A stretch of 64,000 nt of DNA from Candidatus Omnitrophota bacterium (GTDB taxonomy: Bacteria > Omnitrophota > Gorgyraeia > Zapsychrales > Fredricksoniimonadaceae): the NCBI GenBank assembly GCA_044225175.1, contig JBGAJA010000001.1:134994-198993 (forward strand), written 5' to 3'. Both the position numbers and the translations under genes were made by a program. A model generated the notes under the pieces. It worked only from the letters and a program-made list of their open reading frames with translations, was not told the origin of the DNA and did not search any database. This document shows positions 28,794 to 39,400 of this stretch, in pieces; position 1 is the first letter of the stretch; the number at the start of each line of letters is the position of its first letter.

Positions 28794-29387
28794 ATGTCAA
28801 AATTAAGAACTGTTCGTCAACAAAAGATAATTGATGCGTCACGTAGAATTATTATTCTTAAGGGGATGGAAAAGTTAACCGTAAGAGAGATTGCTAAAGA
28901 GCTCGGAATCACGGACGGGGCTTTATACAGACATTTTAAGGGAAAAAAACAAATTATAAGTCTTTTAATTGATGATATTGAAGAAACTCTATTAAGTGCA
29001 ATTGATGAAGCAGCTTCAACAACAGAGAATCCTTTAAAAAAGTTGGAAAATGTATTCTGGTCTCATCTTTCTTATGTAGAAAAACGTAAAGGAGTTTCGT
29101 TTATTGTTATTAACAATATTCTGGGTATGAAAGATAAATATCTTCAAAACAAAATTTATAGCCTTATTAATCAATATTTAAAAAGAATAAAGAAAATTTT
29201 AAACGAAGGAATTAAAAAAGGTCTTTTTCGAAAGAGTCTGGATATTGAGGCAGCCAGTACAGCATTTTTTGGAATCATTCAATCTAAAGTAACGCTCTGG
29301 GGATTGAGCGATTATAAATATTCAATAGGAAATGAACATATGGCAGGGTCATTTGATTTTTTTGAGAAAGGAATTCTAGCAAAATAA
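28794..29387 (+). CDS. TetR/AcrR-family transcriptional regulator
   Basis: N-terminal HTH (LTVREIAKELGITDGALYRHF). ATG at 28794 with a GAGGA SD is preferred over the track's TTG at 28779. Confidence 0.75.
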   Translation: MSKLRTVRQQKIIDASRRIIILKGMEKLTVREIAKELGITDGALYRHFKGKKQIISLLIDDIEETLLSAIDEAASTTENPLKKLENVFWSHLSYVEKRKGVSFIVINNILGMKDKYLQNKIYSLINQYLKRIKKILNEGIKKGLFRKSLDIEAASTAFFGIIQSKVTLWGLSDYKYSIGNEHMAGSFDFFEKGILAK

Positions 29388-29427
29388 TTTAATAAAGGGT
29401 CCATAAGGTTTGCCTTATGGAGGATTA

Positions 29428-29474
29428 GATGGTCGGGCCGCCATCTGGTTGAAAAACCAGGGGGTGGCCTTTTT
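29428..29474 (+). promoter_or_regulatory. Conserved leader element, copy 2 (GATGG...CCATC, hairpin CCATCTGGTT/AACCAGGGGGTGG, then TTTTT), 22 nt upstream of the otsA start
   Basis: See copy 1. Hairpin plus U-tract sits between the tetR stop and the otsA RBS, leaving no room for an independent promoter. Confidence 0.4.
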
Positions 29475-29495
29475 AGTTGTAAAAGGAGAATTTTA

Positions 29496-31742
29496 ATGAA
29501 GATAACTCTACGTTTAATTTTATATTTAGTATCTATAGTTGCTTTAGTAGCTTTTGGGTTTTCATTTTGGCAGGCACGTCAGGAAGATTTCCGTCTCAGG
29601 AATGAATTAGAAAAAAGAGCTAATTTTATTGCTGATAGTTTGAGGGTTTCAGTTGAACCATTATTATCTATTGAAGGAGGAAATCAGAGTCTACAGAAGA
29701 TTGTAGATAGATTTTCTAATCGTGAAAAATTGGTTGGTATTGATATACATGACATTAGAGGAAATTTGATTGTTTCCTCTTCAGGAATTCGACCTAAGAT
29801 TGAAGCTAATTCTCAAGTTTTATCTGAAGTGATTCAAGAGATTGAACGGCTAGGCTCTGAGCGAGGTAGTTTTGTTAATCTTGGTAAAGAATCTTTATAT
29901 GCCTATGCAGTACCTTTAACCACAGCAGAGAAACCAACCCATGTTTTAACTCTCTTTTATGATGTTGATTATATTCAAGATCGAGTACAGAGACTTTTAA
30001 TTAATAGTTTTTGGAGAGCGTTGATACAGGCTTTTTTAATATCATTGACGACATTTATTATTATTTATTTTAATGTCATGGCACCTATTAGAAAAACGAC
30101 AGATTGGATTAAAAGAATCCGTAGAGGAGATAGAGTTAAGCCATTAGATGGAAAAGGGCAGCTGCTATTAGGTCCTTTGGCACAAGAAATTTCTCAAATG
30201 GCTAAGAGTTTAGAAATGGCCAGGGCTGCAGCTGAAGAAGAAGCTCGGTTAAGATATTCATCTGAGTCTCGATGGACTCCAGAGCGATTAAAAGAATTTG
30301 TTCGTTTGAAATTGGAGGATCGTCCGCTTTTTGTGGTTTCTAATCGGGAACCCTATATGCATATTAAAAATAAAGACAAAATTGAATGTATTGTTCCAGC
30401 TAGTGGGCTGGTTACTGCTTTGGAACCTATACTTAATGCCTGTGGTGGAACCTGGATTGCTCAAGGAAGTGGAAGCGGGGATCGAGAAACTGTCGATAAA
30501 AATGACAGGTTAAGAGTTCCTCCAGAAGAACCAAAATATACCTTACGGCGGGTTTGGGTGGATAAAGATTTAGAAGAAGGTTTCTATTCTGGATTTTCTA
30601 ATGAAGGTCTTTGGCCTCTATGTCATATTGCTCATACCAGGCCCATTTTTAGAGCCAAAGATTGGGAAGATTACAAAGCTGTTAACCAGAAATTTGCTCA
30701 GGCAGTTGCCCAAGAGATCGATGGAATATCAAATCCGTTTGTTTTAATTCAAGATTACCACTTTGCTCTTTTACCTGGTTTGATCAAAAAACTCAAAGCC
30801 GATGCAAAGATAGCAATATTCTGGCACATTCCCTGGCCTAATCCTGAATCATTTGGTATATGTCCCTGGCGAAAAGAGCTTCTGCAAGGAATGTTAGGGG
30901 CTGACATTATTGGCTTTCATACACAGTTTCACTGTAATAATTTTATTGAGTCTGTTGATAGATTTTTGGAGTCCCGTATTGATTATGAGCATTTTACAAT
31001 CAATCGTGAAGGACATACAACATTCATAAAACCATTCCCTATTAGTATTAATTTTGAATCAGCCAATGAAAGTGCTACTAAAGCAGAAGAGAGCAAGGCA
31101 GCGCTTTTAAAGAGCTATGGTATTCAAGCTAAATTCTTGGGGGTGGGTGTCGATCGTTTGGATTATACGAAGGGTATTTTGGAAAGATTTCGTGCGGTTG
31201 AAAGTTTGATGGAGCTTGATCAATCATACATAGGAAAATTTACTTTTGTAGAACTTGGTGCCCCTAGTCGAACTATGATTCCTAAGTATAAAGAATTTAT
31301 CGATGAAATAGTCAAAGAAGTTGAACGGATTAATACAAAATTTAAGACAAAAAATTGGCAGCCGATTCTTTTGTTGATGAAGCACCATAGTCATAAGGAT
31401 ATTTTACCTTTTTATAAAGCAGCAGATGTGTGCATGGTTACTTCTTTACACGATGGAATGAATTTAGTAGCTAAAGAGTTCATTTCTGCTCGCAGCGATG
31501 AACAGGGTGTTTTAATTCTGAGTCAGTTTACTGGTGCTGCTAGAGAATTGCAGGATGCTTTAATTGTCAATCCTTACGACGTAGGCCAGACATCACGAGC
31601 CATCAAATGTGCTTTGGAAATGCCAAAAGAAGATCAAGCAAAGCGCATGAAACAAATGAGAGAAATAGTTAAAAGTAATAATATTTATCGATGGGCAGGA
31701 GAATTAGTTGGCCAATTGACACAAGTTCGTACAGAGAGTTAG
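29496..31742 (+). CDS. otsA: membrane-anchored sensor-domain/HAMP-like linker fused to trehalose-6-phosphate synthase (GT20, OtsA)
   Basis: Residues 1-260: TM helix, about 150 aa extracytoplasmic domain, second TM, HAMP-like amphipathic linker. Residues about 270-748: GT20 OtsA core (VVSNREPY..., GFFLHIPWP-like motifs). Confidence 0.8.
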   Translation: MKITLRLILYLVSIVALVAFGFSFWQARQEDFRLRNELEKRANFIADSLRVSVEPLLSIEGGNQSLQKIVDRFSNREKLVGIDIHDIRGNLIVSSSGIRPKIEANSQVLSEVIQEIERLGSERGSFVNLGKESLYAYAVPLTTAEKPTHVLTLFYDVDYIQDRVQRLLINSFWRALIQAFLISLTTFIIIYFNVMAPIRKTTDWIKRIRRGDRVKPLDGKGQLLLGPLAQEISQMAKSLEMARAAAEEEARLRYSSESRWTPERLKEFVRLKLEDRPLFVVSNREPYMHIKNKDKIECIVPASGLVTALEPILNACGGTWIAQGSGSGDRETVDKNDRLRVPPEEPKYTLRRVWVDKDLEEGFYSGFSNEGLWPLCHIAHTRPIFRAKDWEDYKAVNQKFAQAVAQEIDGISNPFVLIQDYHFALLPGLIKKLKADAKIAIFWHIPWPNPESFGICPWRKELLQGMLGADIIGFHTQFHCNNFIESVDRFLESRIDYEHFTINREGHTTFIKPFPISINFESANESATKAEESKAALLKSYGIQAKFLGVGVDRLDYTKGILERFRAVESLMELDQSYIGKFTFVELGAPSRTMIPKYKEFIDEIVKEVERINTKFKTKNWQPILLLMKHHSHKDILPFYKAADVCMVTSLHDGMNLVAKEFISARSDEQGVLILSQFTGAARELQDALIVNPYDVGQTSRAIKCALEMPKEDQAKRMKQMREIVKSNNIYRWAGELVGQLTQVRTES

Positions 31743-31751
31743 GAGGGTATT

Positions 31752-32846
31752 ATGACAAACTTAATTGAAAATTTAAGAATAATTCAGGGAACGGTTATTT
31801 TTAAGAATACGATACAGGATTATTGCGTTGCATTGGTCGCCTTTTTAATTTTATTTTATGGTCTATCTATCTTTAAAAGAATAATTGTTAAGCATCTAGG
31901 GAAATTGGCTTCTAAAACGAGTTCTGATTTTGATGACTTTATTGTCAGGCTGCTTTCTCAAATTGGTTGGCCTTCTTTTAGTGTTGTGTCGTTGTTTCTA
32001 GCTACCGCTTCTCTTGAAATGCCTTCAATGGTTCATTCAATGATTAAATATGTAATGGTTTTTGTTCTGACCATCCGATCCATTTTATTACTACAAGAAA
32101 TAATTCAGTATGGTGTTAATAAAACATTGCTTAGGCGTATGGGGGCTGATAATTCCTCATCCAAGGCGATGATTAATAGTGTTGTATGGGTCATCAAATG
32201 GGCAATATGGATATTAGGGGCTGTTTTCATTTTGGATAATTTGGGGGTCAATATATCTTCCTTAGTTGCTGGAATTGGAATCGGTGGTATTGCAGTTGCA
32301 ATGGCTTCTCAAGCTGTATTGGGGGATGCTTTTAGTGCACTATCCATTTATATGGATAGGCCATTTGAAATTGGTGATTTTATCATCATTGATGATTGTA
32401 TGGGTACTGTTGAGCATATTGGAGTTAAAACAACCCGTATCAGAAGTCTTTCGGGGGAACAGTTAGTTCTTTCGAATTCAGATTTAACAAAGAGCCGTGT
32501 TAAAAATTATAAACGCATGCAAACACGACGTATTGCCTTCAAGATTGGTGTTACTTATCAAACTTCTCTGGAAAAGGTCGAAAGAATTCCACAAATAATT
32601 AAGGGTTTATTAGAGAAAGCTGAAGTCAAAATAGACCGCGTGCATTTTCAGAGTTTTGGAGATTTTTCTCTTGTTTATGAGATTGTCTACTATGTTTTAA
32701 GTGCGGATTACAACGTTTATATGGATAAGCAGCAGGCTATTAATCTTGCTATTATGCAAGAGTTTGAGCGCGAGGGAATTGAATTTGCATATCCGACCCA
32801 GACTCTTTTTATAAGAAATGAAATGGCAAATAATCTATCGAGGTGA
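31752..32846 (+). CDS. MscS-family mechanosensitive channel
   Basis: Conserved TM3/pore region LVAGIGIGGIAVAMASQAVLGDAFSALSIYMDRPFEIGDFI and a beta-domain C-terminus. Confidence 0.8.
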   Translation: MTNLIENLRIIQGTVIFKNTIQDYCVALVAFLILFYGLSIFKRIIVKHLGKLASKTSSDFDDFIVRLLSQIGWPSFSVVSLFLATASLEMPSMVHSMIKYVMVFVLTIRSILLLQEIIQYGVNKTLLRRMGADNSSSKAMINSVVWVIKWAIWILGAVFILDNLGVNISSLVAGIGIGGIAVAMASQAVLGDAFSALSIYMDRPFEIGDFIIIDDCMGTVEHIGVKTTRIRSLSGEQLVLSNSDLTKSRVKNYKRMQTRRIAFKIGVTYQTSLEKVERIPQIIKGLLEKAEVKIDRVHFQSFGDFSLVYEIVYYVLSADYNVYMDKQQAINLAIMQEFEREGIEFAYPTQTLFIRNEMANNLSR

Positions 32847-33648
32847 AAATTGGATAATGGAACATCTTTTTAAAAAATTAGATACATTAAAAAAACAATT
32901 ACATAAGAGTCAAGCTGCACTTTTTCTAGATTACGATGGCACTTTAACTCCGATTGTTGAGAGGCCTGAGTTAGCCATTCTTTCTTCTAAAACAAAGAAC
33001 CAATTAAAGAAATTAGCTAAAAACGAACGGTTTAAAGTTTTTATTATTAGTGGAAGAGCTTTAGCTGATGTAAAAAGGTTGGTTGGTGTTAGTAATATTG
33101 AATACGTAGGTAATCATGGCTTTGAAATTCAAGGGGCAGATTTAGATTTTGGGGATTTTTCTTTTTTGCGATTTAGAGAAATCTTGGAATATTTAAAATG
33201 GGAGATTACCAAAGAACTTGTCTTTTTTAAAGGAGCTTTTGTAGAGGATAAGGGTCTTGGTTTAAGTGTGCACTATCGTTTGCTTAATTTGAAGGATGAA
33301 TCAATTTTTAATACTTTTCTTAAGGTTATTACTCGTGAATTTTCTTCAAGAGGTGAAATTCGAATTACTCAAGGTAAAAAAGTATTTGAAATTCAAGCGC
33401 CATTGGATTGGGATAAAGGTAAAGCAGTCGCTTTGATTCTTAAAAATAAAGAATTAATCCATGGAAAACATAAAGTCCTTCCGATTTATATAGGGGATGA
33501 TGTTACAGATGAAGATGCTTTTTCAGTTTTGAAAAATACCGGGATTACAGTTTTTGTAGGTGAGTTGAGGCCGTCTCAGGCGCAATATTACTTAAATAAT
33601 GCTAATGAAGTTGTCGAATTCTTAAAATATATAAATGAGGTTAAATAA
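32818..33648 (+). CDS. otsB: trehalose-6-phosphate phosphatase (HAD-IIB)
   Basis: DYDGTL motif (LFLDYDGTLTPIV), HAD motifs II-IV, GDDVTDEDAF. Alternative start ATG at 32857. Confidence 0.8.
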   Translation: MKWQIIYRGENWIMEHLFKKLDTLKKQLHKSQAALFLDYDGTLTPIVERPELAILSSKTKNQLKKLAKNERFKVFIISGRALADVKRLVGVSNIEYVGNHGFEIQGADLDFGDFSFLRFREILEYLKWEITKELVFFKGAFVEDKGLGLSVHYRLLNLKDESIFNTFLKVITREFSSRGEIRITQGKKVFEIQAPLDWDKGKAVALILKNKELIHGKHKVLPIYIGDDVTDEDAFSVLKNTGITVFVGELRPSQAQYYLNNANEVVEFLKYINEVK

Positions 33649-35481
33649 ATGAAACAATTAAAGAATCTTAACTATGCCATTATTGGTAATTGCACGAGCG
33701 CTGCCTTGATTAATGATGATTGTTCGATAGATTGGCTATGTCTACCTTTTTTCGATTCTTCTTCCATATTTGCTCGAATTCTTGACGACCAAAAAGGAGG
33801 ATATTTTAAAATAGGGGCTAAAGACATTATCAGTGTTGAACAGACTTATTTGTATCATACGCCTATTTTGAAAACGGTCTTTACGACCAAGGATGGCATA
33901 TTTGAGGTGCGTGATTATATGCCTCGATTTGATACTAATGATGTTCAGATTTATTGTCCAGCTGAGATCCACCGAAGTATTTATTTAGTTCAAGGTAGTC
34001 CGAAGGTGCTTATTGAATTTAATCCGAGGCCTAATTATGGCTTAAGTGAAGCAAAATTGACGCCTTTTCCTGAGTATTTAAAAATTACATCTTTAGAAGG
34101 AGAATATAATAGTTACTATCTTTACACAAATTTCAATATGAGTGATCTTGTTGATGGTAAAGAAATTGAACTTAAAGAGTCCGCTTATTTTCTTTTGTCC
34201 TATCATGAAAAAATTGAACCAATAACCAAAGAGAGAATGTTTTTGGAGTACGAGAAAACAAAGAGTTATTGGCTGTATTGGGCTTATCGAACGGAAGTTC
34301 CTGAAAAGTACAAGGAATTGGTAATTCGCTCTATTATTACGCTCAAACTTCTCATGTTTCAGCGAACTGGAGCAGTCATTGCAGCGCCAACTACCTCTTT
34401 GCCAGAAATCATAGGGAAAGAACGTAATTGGGACTACCGTTACTGCTGGGTGAGAGATGCGTCTATGATTATTGATTTGTTTGCCCGTATGGGGCATTCC
34501 AAAACTTCTTTAAGATATATTAATTTTATTCTTAACCGAATGCGGCTTAAAGATTACAAAATATCTGTTATGTATGGAATTAATGGGGAAGAGAATTTGG
34601 AGGAAAGAACCCTTGATCATTTAAGTGGGTATGAAGGTTCCCTTCCGGTACGAATAGGTAATGCTGCTTACAATCAGAAACAAAATGATGTCTATGGGCA
34701 ATTAATTGAGACAATTTACACTTCATTTGTGGTTGATTTTAGAAATGATTTAATATTGAATGAAGAAACCTGGACAGTGGTTCGCTCATTAGCAAAGAAA
34801 GTGCAAGAAATATGGAAAGAAGCTGATTGCGGTATATGGGAACGCCGGGGGCCAATGCAACACTTTGTACATTCTAAATTAATGAGTTGGGTTGCCATGG
34901 ATCGTGCAGCTAAGATTGCTAAATTTATCGGTAAAAAACAATATGTTGCTAAGTATTTATCAGTAGCTAATGAAATCAAGGAAGATATTCTTAAGAACGG
35001 ATGGGATGAAGAGTTAAAAAGTTTTGTGATGTATTATGGGTCTAAAGAATTGGATGCATCTAATCTTTTGATGCTTCATTATGGTTTTTTAGATAAGAGT
35101 GATCCGCGTATCATCAATACAGTGCTTAATACGTATAAAGAACTAGCTAAAGATGGTCTTATCTTACGTTATAAAGCTGCTGATGAATTTGGGGTCCCTC
35201 AAAATGCATTTATTGTATGCACCTTCTGGATGATTAATTCTTTGTATCTTATTGGAAAAGAAAAGGAAGCTCGCATAATGCTTGAGAAAATTGTATCTCA
35301 TGCCAACAGAGTTGGGCTTTTTTCTGAAGATATCGAAACAGATACTGGGCGTTTAACTGGCAATTTTCCCCAAGGGTACTCACACCTAGCTTTTATCCAA
35401 ACAGTCTTTTTGTTAGAAACACAGTATGATTGGAGTGATGCAGTTAAATCTGGGCGTTCTTTATTTAAAGCTCCTGATTAA
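33649..35481 (+). CDS. GH15-family glycoside hydrolase (glucoamylase/trehalase-like)
   Basis: WDYRYCWVRDAS (GH15 WxRD motif) and GIWERRG (catalytic acid region). Start abuts the otsB stop. Confidence 0.8.
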   Translation: MKQLKNLNYAIIGNCTSAALINDDCSIDWLCLPFFDSSSIFARILDDQKGGYFKIGAKDIISVEQTYLYHTPILKTVFTTKDGIFEVRDYMPRFDTNDVQIYCPAEIHRSIYLVQGSPKVLIEFNPRPNYGLSEAKLTPFPEYLKITSLEGEYNSYYLYTNFNMSDLVDGKEIELKESAYFLLSYHEKIEPITKERMFLEYEKTKSYWLYWAYRTEVPEKYKELVIRSIITLKLLMFQRTGAVIAAPTTSLPEIIGKERNWDYRYCWVRDASMIIDLFARMGHSKTSLRYINFILNRMRLKDYKISVMYGINGEENLEERTLDHLSGYEGSLPVRIGNAAYNQKQNDVYGQLIETIYTSFVVDFRNDLILNEETWTVVRSLAKKVQEIWKEADCGIWERRGPMQHFVHSKLMSWVAMDRAAKIAKFIGKKQYVAKYLSVANEIKEDILKNGWDEELKSFVMYYGSKELDASNLLMLHYGFLDKSDPRIINTVLNTYKELAKDGLILRYKAADEFGVPQNAFIVCTFWMINSLYLIGKEKEARIMLEKIVSHANRVGLFSEDIETDTGRLTGNFPQGYSHLAFIQTVFLLETQYDWSDAVKSGRSLFKAPD

Positions 35482-35519
35482 TTCGGATGACGAAATAAAG
35501 TGAGAATTTTTTTGAATAA

Positions 35520-35774
35520 GTGCTCTCTAACCAAAACGAAAGTAACACAAAATTGCTCCAATTAAAGCTATTGCCTATTAAATTAAGAATTATTGTAACA
35601 ATTTTTTATATAACCTTCTTGGGGCAAGGATGTTGCATTATTGAACGTAATAAGCAAAAGGATTTAACTAAGCTTAGCCTAGAGGATCTAATGAATATTG
35701 AAGTCAGTTCAACCCAAGAACTAAAATTGAATAATCGTCCTCTGAAGCTTCCATTAATCTATCCAAGAATTTAA
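35520..35774 (+). pseudogene. N-terminal remnant of a TonB-dependent receptor gene
   Basis: LSLEDLMNIEVSS matches the conserved TBDR N-terminal motif, but the ORF stops after 84 aa in a 450 bp AT-rich gap. Confidence 0.35.
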
Positions 35775-35931
35775 CAAATTGATTTTGTAAGAATGAAAAG
35801 AATGGTTAATGAGAAGAAACAGTAAGAGAAAATATCGGAAATATTTTATTAATACATTCTGATGTCGGTATTATTATTAAATAATTTGATCGGTGTATAT
35901 TGCAGTTGCTTAATTAGATTTCTAAAAGGAG

Positions 35932-36153
35932 TTAATCGTTTAATAAATCGCCAGGTTTGATTTTGAGGGCTTTGGCGATCACATCTAGGTTTTGGACGCC
36001 TATATTCTTCTCACCACGTTCAATTTGACCAATATAAGCACGATGTAAATCAGCTTCATGGGCTATTAGTTCTTTCTTGAGATATCTATGAAATCCTTCT
36101 TTACAGCCCATAATAATTCCGGTATAAAATCCTCTCTTTACCGTTCTTTTCAA
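35932..36153 (-). CDS. XRE-family helix-turn-helix regulator (73 aa)
   Basis: HTH_XRE core ...IGQIERGEKNIGVQNLDVIAKALKIKPGDLL. TTG start at 36153. First about 23 codons lie inside the 177 bp repeat. Confidence 0.6.
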   Translation of the reverse strand: MKRTVKRGFYTGIIMGCKEGFHRYLKKELIAHEADLHRAYIGQIERGEKNIGVQNLDVIAKALKIKPGDLLND

Positions 36154-36260
36154 GTTATAATTTTTGCTTCAGCCAAAGGCTGATCCGCCTTGGGCGGAGG
36201 CTTTACAGTTAAATAAATTTACGCTGGCTTAGCTCAGTTGGTAGAGCAGCTGATTTGTAA
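36084..36260 (+). repeat. 177 bp direct repeat, copy 1 (tRNA-Thr upstream region plus tRNA positions 1-38); attL-like
   Basis: About 98% identical to 42008-42184 (2 substitutions, 1 indel). Identity stops exactly in the anticodon loop. Confidence 0.8.
36223..36260 (+). other. 5-prime fragment of tRNA-Thr (positions 1-38, acceptor/D-arm/anticodon stem-loop only)
   Basis: Identical to the first 38 nt of the intact tRNA-Thr(UGU) at 42147. Followed by unrelated sequence. Confidence 0.8.
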
Positions 36261-36483
36261 ACCCTAACAGCAAAATCTTCTAACCCGCTCCAATTCTTGT
36301 AATTACGTCTACTACCAATAAGTTGCGACAAAATCCAAAACACACCAATTGCTACAATTTAGTTTATTTTGCCTTTCCGTTTAGCACGTTTTAAGCACAA
36401 AGTGAGGTGAGTAAGCGTTTTCTCATATTGCCATTCCAGCCCTTGTTTTTACTTATCTATAGTCTAAACTTTATAGTAAGACT

Positions 36484-39400
36484 ATGAGATACCCCATATC
36501 ATCTAAATATTGGCAAAAGGCCATTAGTTTATTCGTCATTGTTACGTTTATTTTGACTGGTTTTAATATTCCTTTGGCTCAAGCTCAAGAATTTCATTTA
36601 CCAAAGCCTGGGGTAATGGTTCATTTAAGTCCTGAATTTAATCCGCCGATTTTAAAAGGTATTAAAGTCCATGCCGATAATCCTTTCAGATTTGAATTCA
36701 TTTTGGACAAAGGGGATAGCAATAAAAATAACGATCAGCTAAAAGAGGAATCTTCTAAGCTGATTAAATATTTTTTAGCTTCTTTAACCATCCCTGAGAA
36801 AGACCTTTGGGTCAATTTAAGCCCTTATGAAAAAGATCGTATTATTCCTAATAGTTTTGGTTTAACCGAAATGGGTCGTGATTTGTTGGCGCAAGATTAT
36901 ATGCTCAAACAGATAACAGCTTCTTTGATCTACCCTGAAGATGAAATAGGAAAGAAATTTTGGAAACGCATATACGAAGAATCTTCTAAGAAATATGGAA
37001 CAACTAATATTCCAGTGAACACATTTAATAAGGTTTGGATTGTTCCTGAGAAAGCTGTTGTGTATGAGAACGCTAAGGCGGGGACAGCATATGTGGTGGA
37101 ATCTAGGCTCAAGGTTATGTTAGAGCAAGATTACCTTTCATTACAAAAGCATGAAGGCGAAACACAATCTCAGGTCAAGGAAACTAATCAATTAGGTAGT
37201 CAAGTTATCCGTGAGATTGTTATTCCTGAACTTACCAAAGAGGTTAATGAAAATAAAAATTTTACCCAGCTTCGCCAAGTCTACAATTCTTTAATTCTTG
37301 CAACGTGGTATAAGAAGAAAATAAAAGACAGTATTCTGTCTCAAGTGTATGCCGATAAAAATAAGGTAATGGGAGTAAACATTGATAATCATAAAGAGAA
37401 AGAAAAGATTTATCAGCAATACTTACAAGCTTTCAAGAAGGGTGTCTATAGCTACATTAAAGAGGAGCAAGACCATTTAACTGGGCAACCTATTCCAAGG
37501 AAATATTTTTCAGGAGGAGCAACATTTTTTGGATTAGCGGATAAGGCAATGGTAATCATGCCAGTAGGTGGAAATGTTGTTATTGATAATGCCCCTAATT
37601 CCATGTTAACTGTTTCAACTGCTCTCAATGTTATTGGAGCGGCTGAAGAAAGTAGACCATTTAAAACTCAAATACCTCAGAATCCAGAAATGGATGGTAT
37701 GTTCGAAAGAGGAAGAAGTTTAATACAAGAAAGTTTAAACCAGGAATTAGTGTATCTAAGACTTTTCCGAGGGAATAAAGTGTTAGCTATGAATGACATT
37801 GAAATTCCTTCCGCCTTAAAAGGAATGATCGGAGAAACAGGGAAGGTTGTTCAAATTTATGATAGCGATCTTCTTGCTTCTATGCGTAGAGAAGCTCCAG
37901 ATGTCATGGAAGAAGAAACAGCAAAATCGTTTTTGGTTACTTTTAACCAAAATGGAGATGTTTTTAAAATCTATTTAATCGCGCCACATAATATGGCATA
38001 TGCTTTAGATGAATTAGAGACTGAGAATCAATTAGCCAAACAAATTAAAGTTATGGTAGTAAAAATATTAAGTACTCAAGCACAGGCTAACAAGATACAA
38101 ACAAGTTTAGACCAGGTAAAGAATCAGGACTTACACACAAGGTATGGAAATATTCTTATTCCTTTTGGAGTTGAACTGAATTTAGTCCAAAGTATATTGA
38201 AACATCCTATAGCAAGGAATTTATTGTCTGGACTCCAGGGGAGGGTTTCTTTACTGAGCGCTGGTCAGGTTATTTACGTATCAGGTTCTCAGGTTGGTTA
38301 TGATGACTATGAGGAATCTTTGTTTCAAGAAAGTCAGATTGATGAGGAATTAATTGCTCATCTTACACAAATGGTAGTTATGGATCAGAAAGAAAAGCCC
38401 TTCGACTACCGATCACCGAAAGAAAAAAGAAATCATTGGCTAAGAGGACTAGCTGATTCAAATAAATTGATTACAGGAGCATTGCAAGGGCAAAGAATAA
38501 ATGGAGTATTTTATAATCCTAAACTTTATGACCAAGGAGAACAAGGTGTTTTAGGGACAATCGTTCACGAAATAGTTCATCTTTATTTGAAAGAGGCGCT
38601 AGCGCAAGTAAGGCCAATATTATTGAGAATAAAGGCGCGCCATGGAGATTTTATTGAATCTTTAAGTAATCCCAATGGTTTATTTTTTAATCTTCAATTA
38701 TCTGATGAAGATCAAAAAGATTTACGAGAGGTGGGCATTTTACCTAGAGTTGTGGGGGATGAGGCAATGGTGGCAGCTTCCGAATTTTATAGTAGAACAT
38801 TGCAGCCGACAATTGGGACCACATGGAGTGAATTAGATGAAAGTATTCAAAAAATGATTGGAAGGCATGTCGATGATCCTGATTTAATTGAAATGGTGAA
38901 AGCATCGAACAATGAAGCTAAGAACTCATTGGCCTGGATTGTACGTGTTGTTACACAAGAAGTGCTTTTTAAGGCTATTTATGAGTCTATGGCAGGAGAT
39001 TTTGATCGTGAACAATTCGAAAAACAATTATTTAAGATAGGGAAACTTCACGGAGAACATGCAGCTACTTTCTTTGCTATCTTAAATGTAATTTCTCCCT
39101 CGAAAAGACCAAAGATAGAAGATATCAGCAAAATAATGATAGAGGAATCTAATCATAATCTAGCCACGGGGCGGCATTATTATGTCGCTTTAAAAACACT
39201 TACTTTTCTTGTTACAAAAGATAATTTTAAAGAGGTCTGGGAGCAAATAGGTGAGCTTTTGGATTCTGTTTTTGAGGAAGGTACAGATTATTTTTTAAAT
39301 GTTACGCTACCGTCATTTAAGGGCTTAATAAAAACCCTGGCCGATTTAAAGAAGTTTTATACAATTTTTAGAAAAGCCATTGATGAAGATGAACTCGAGG

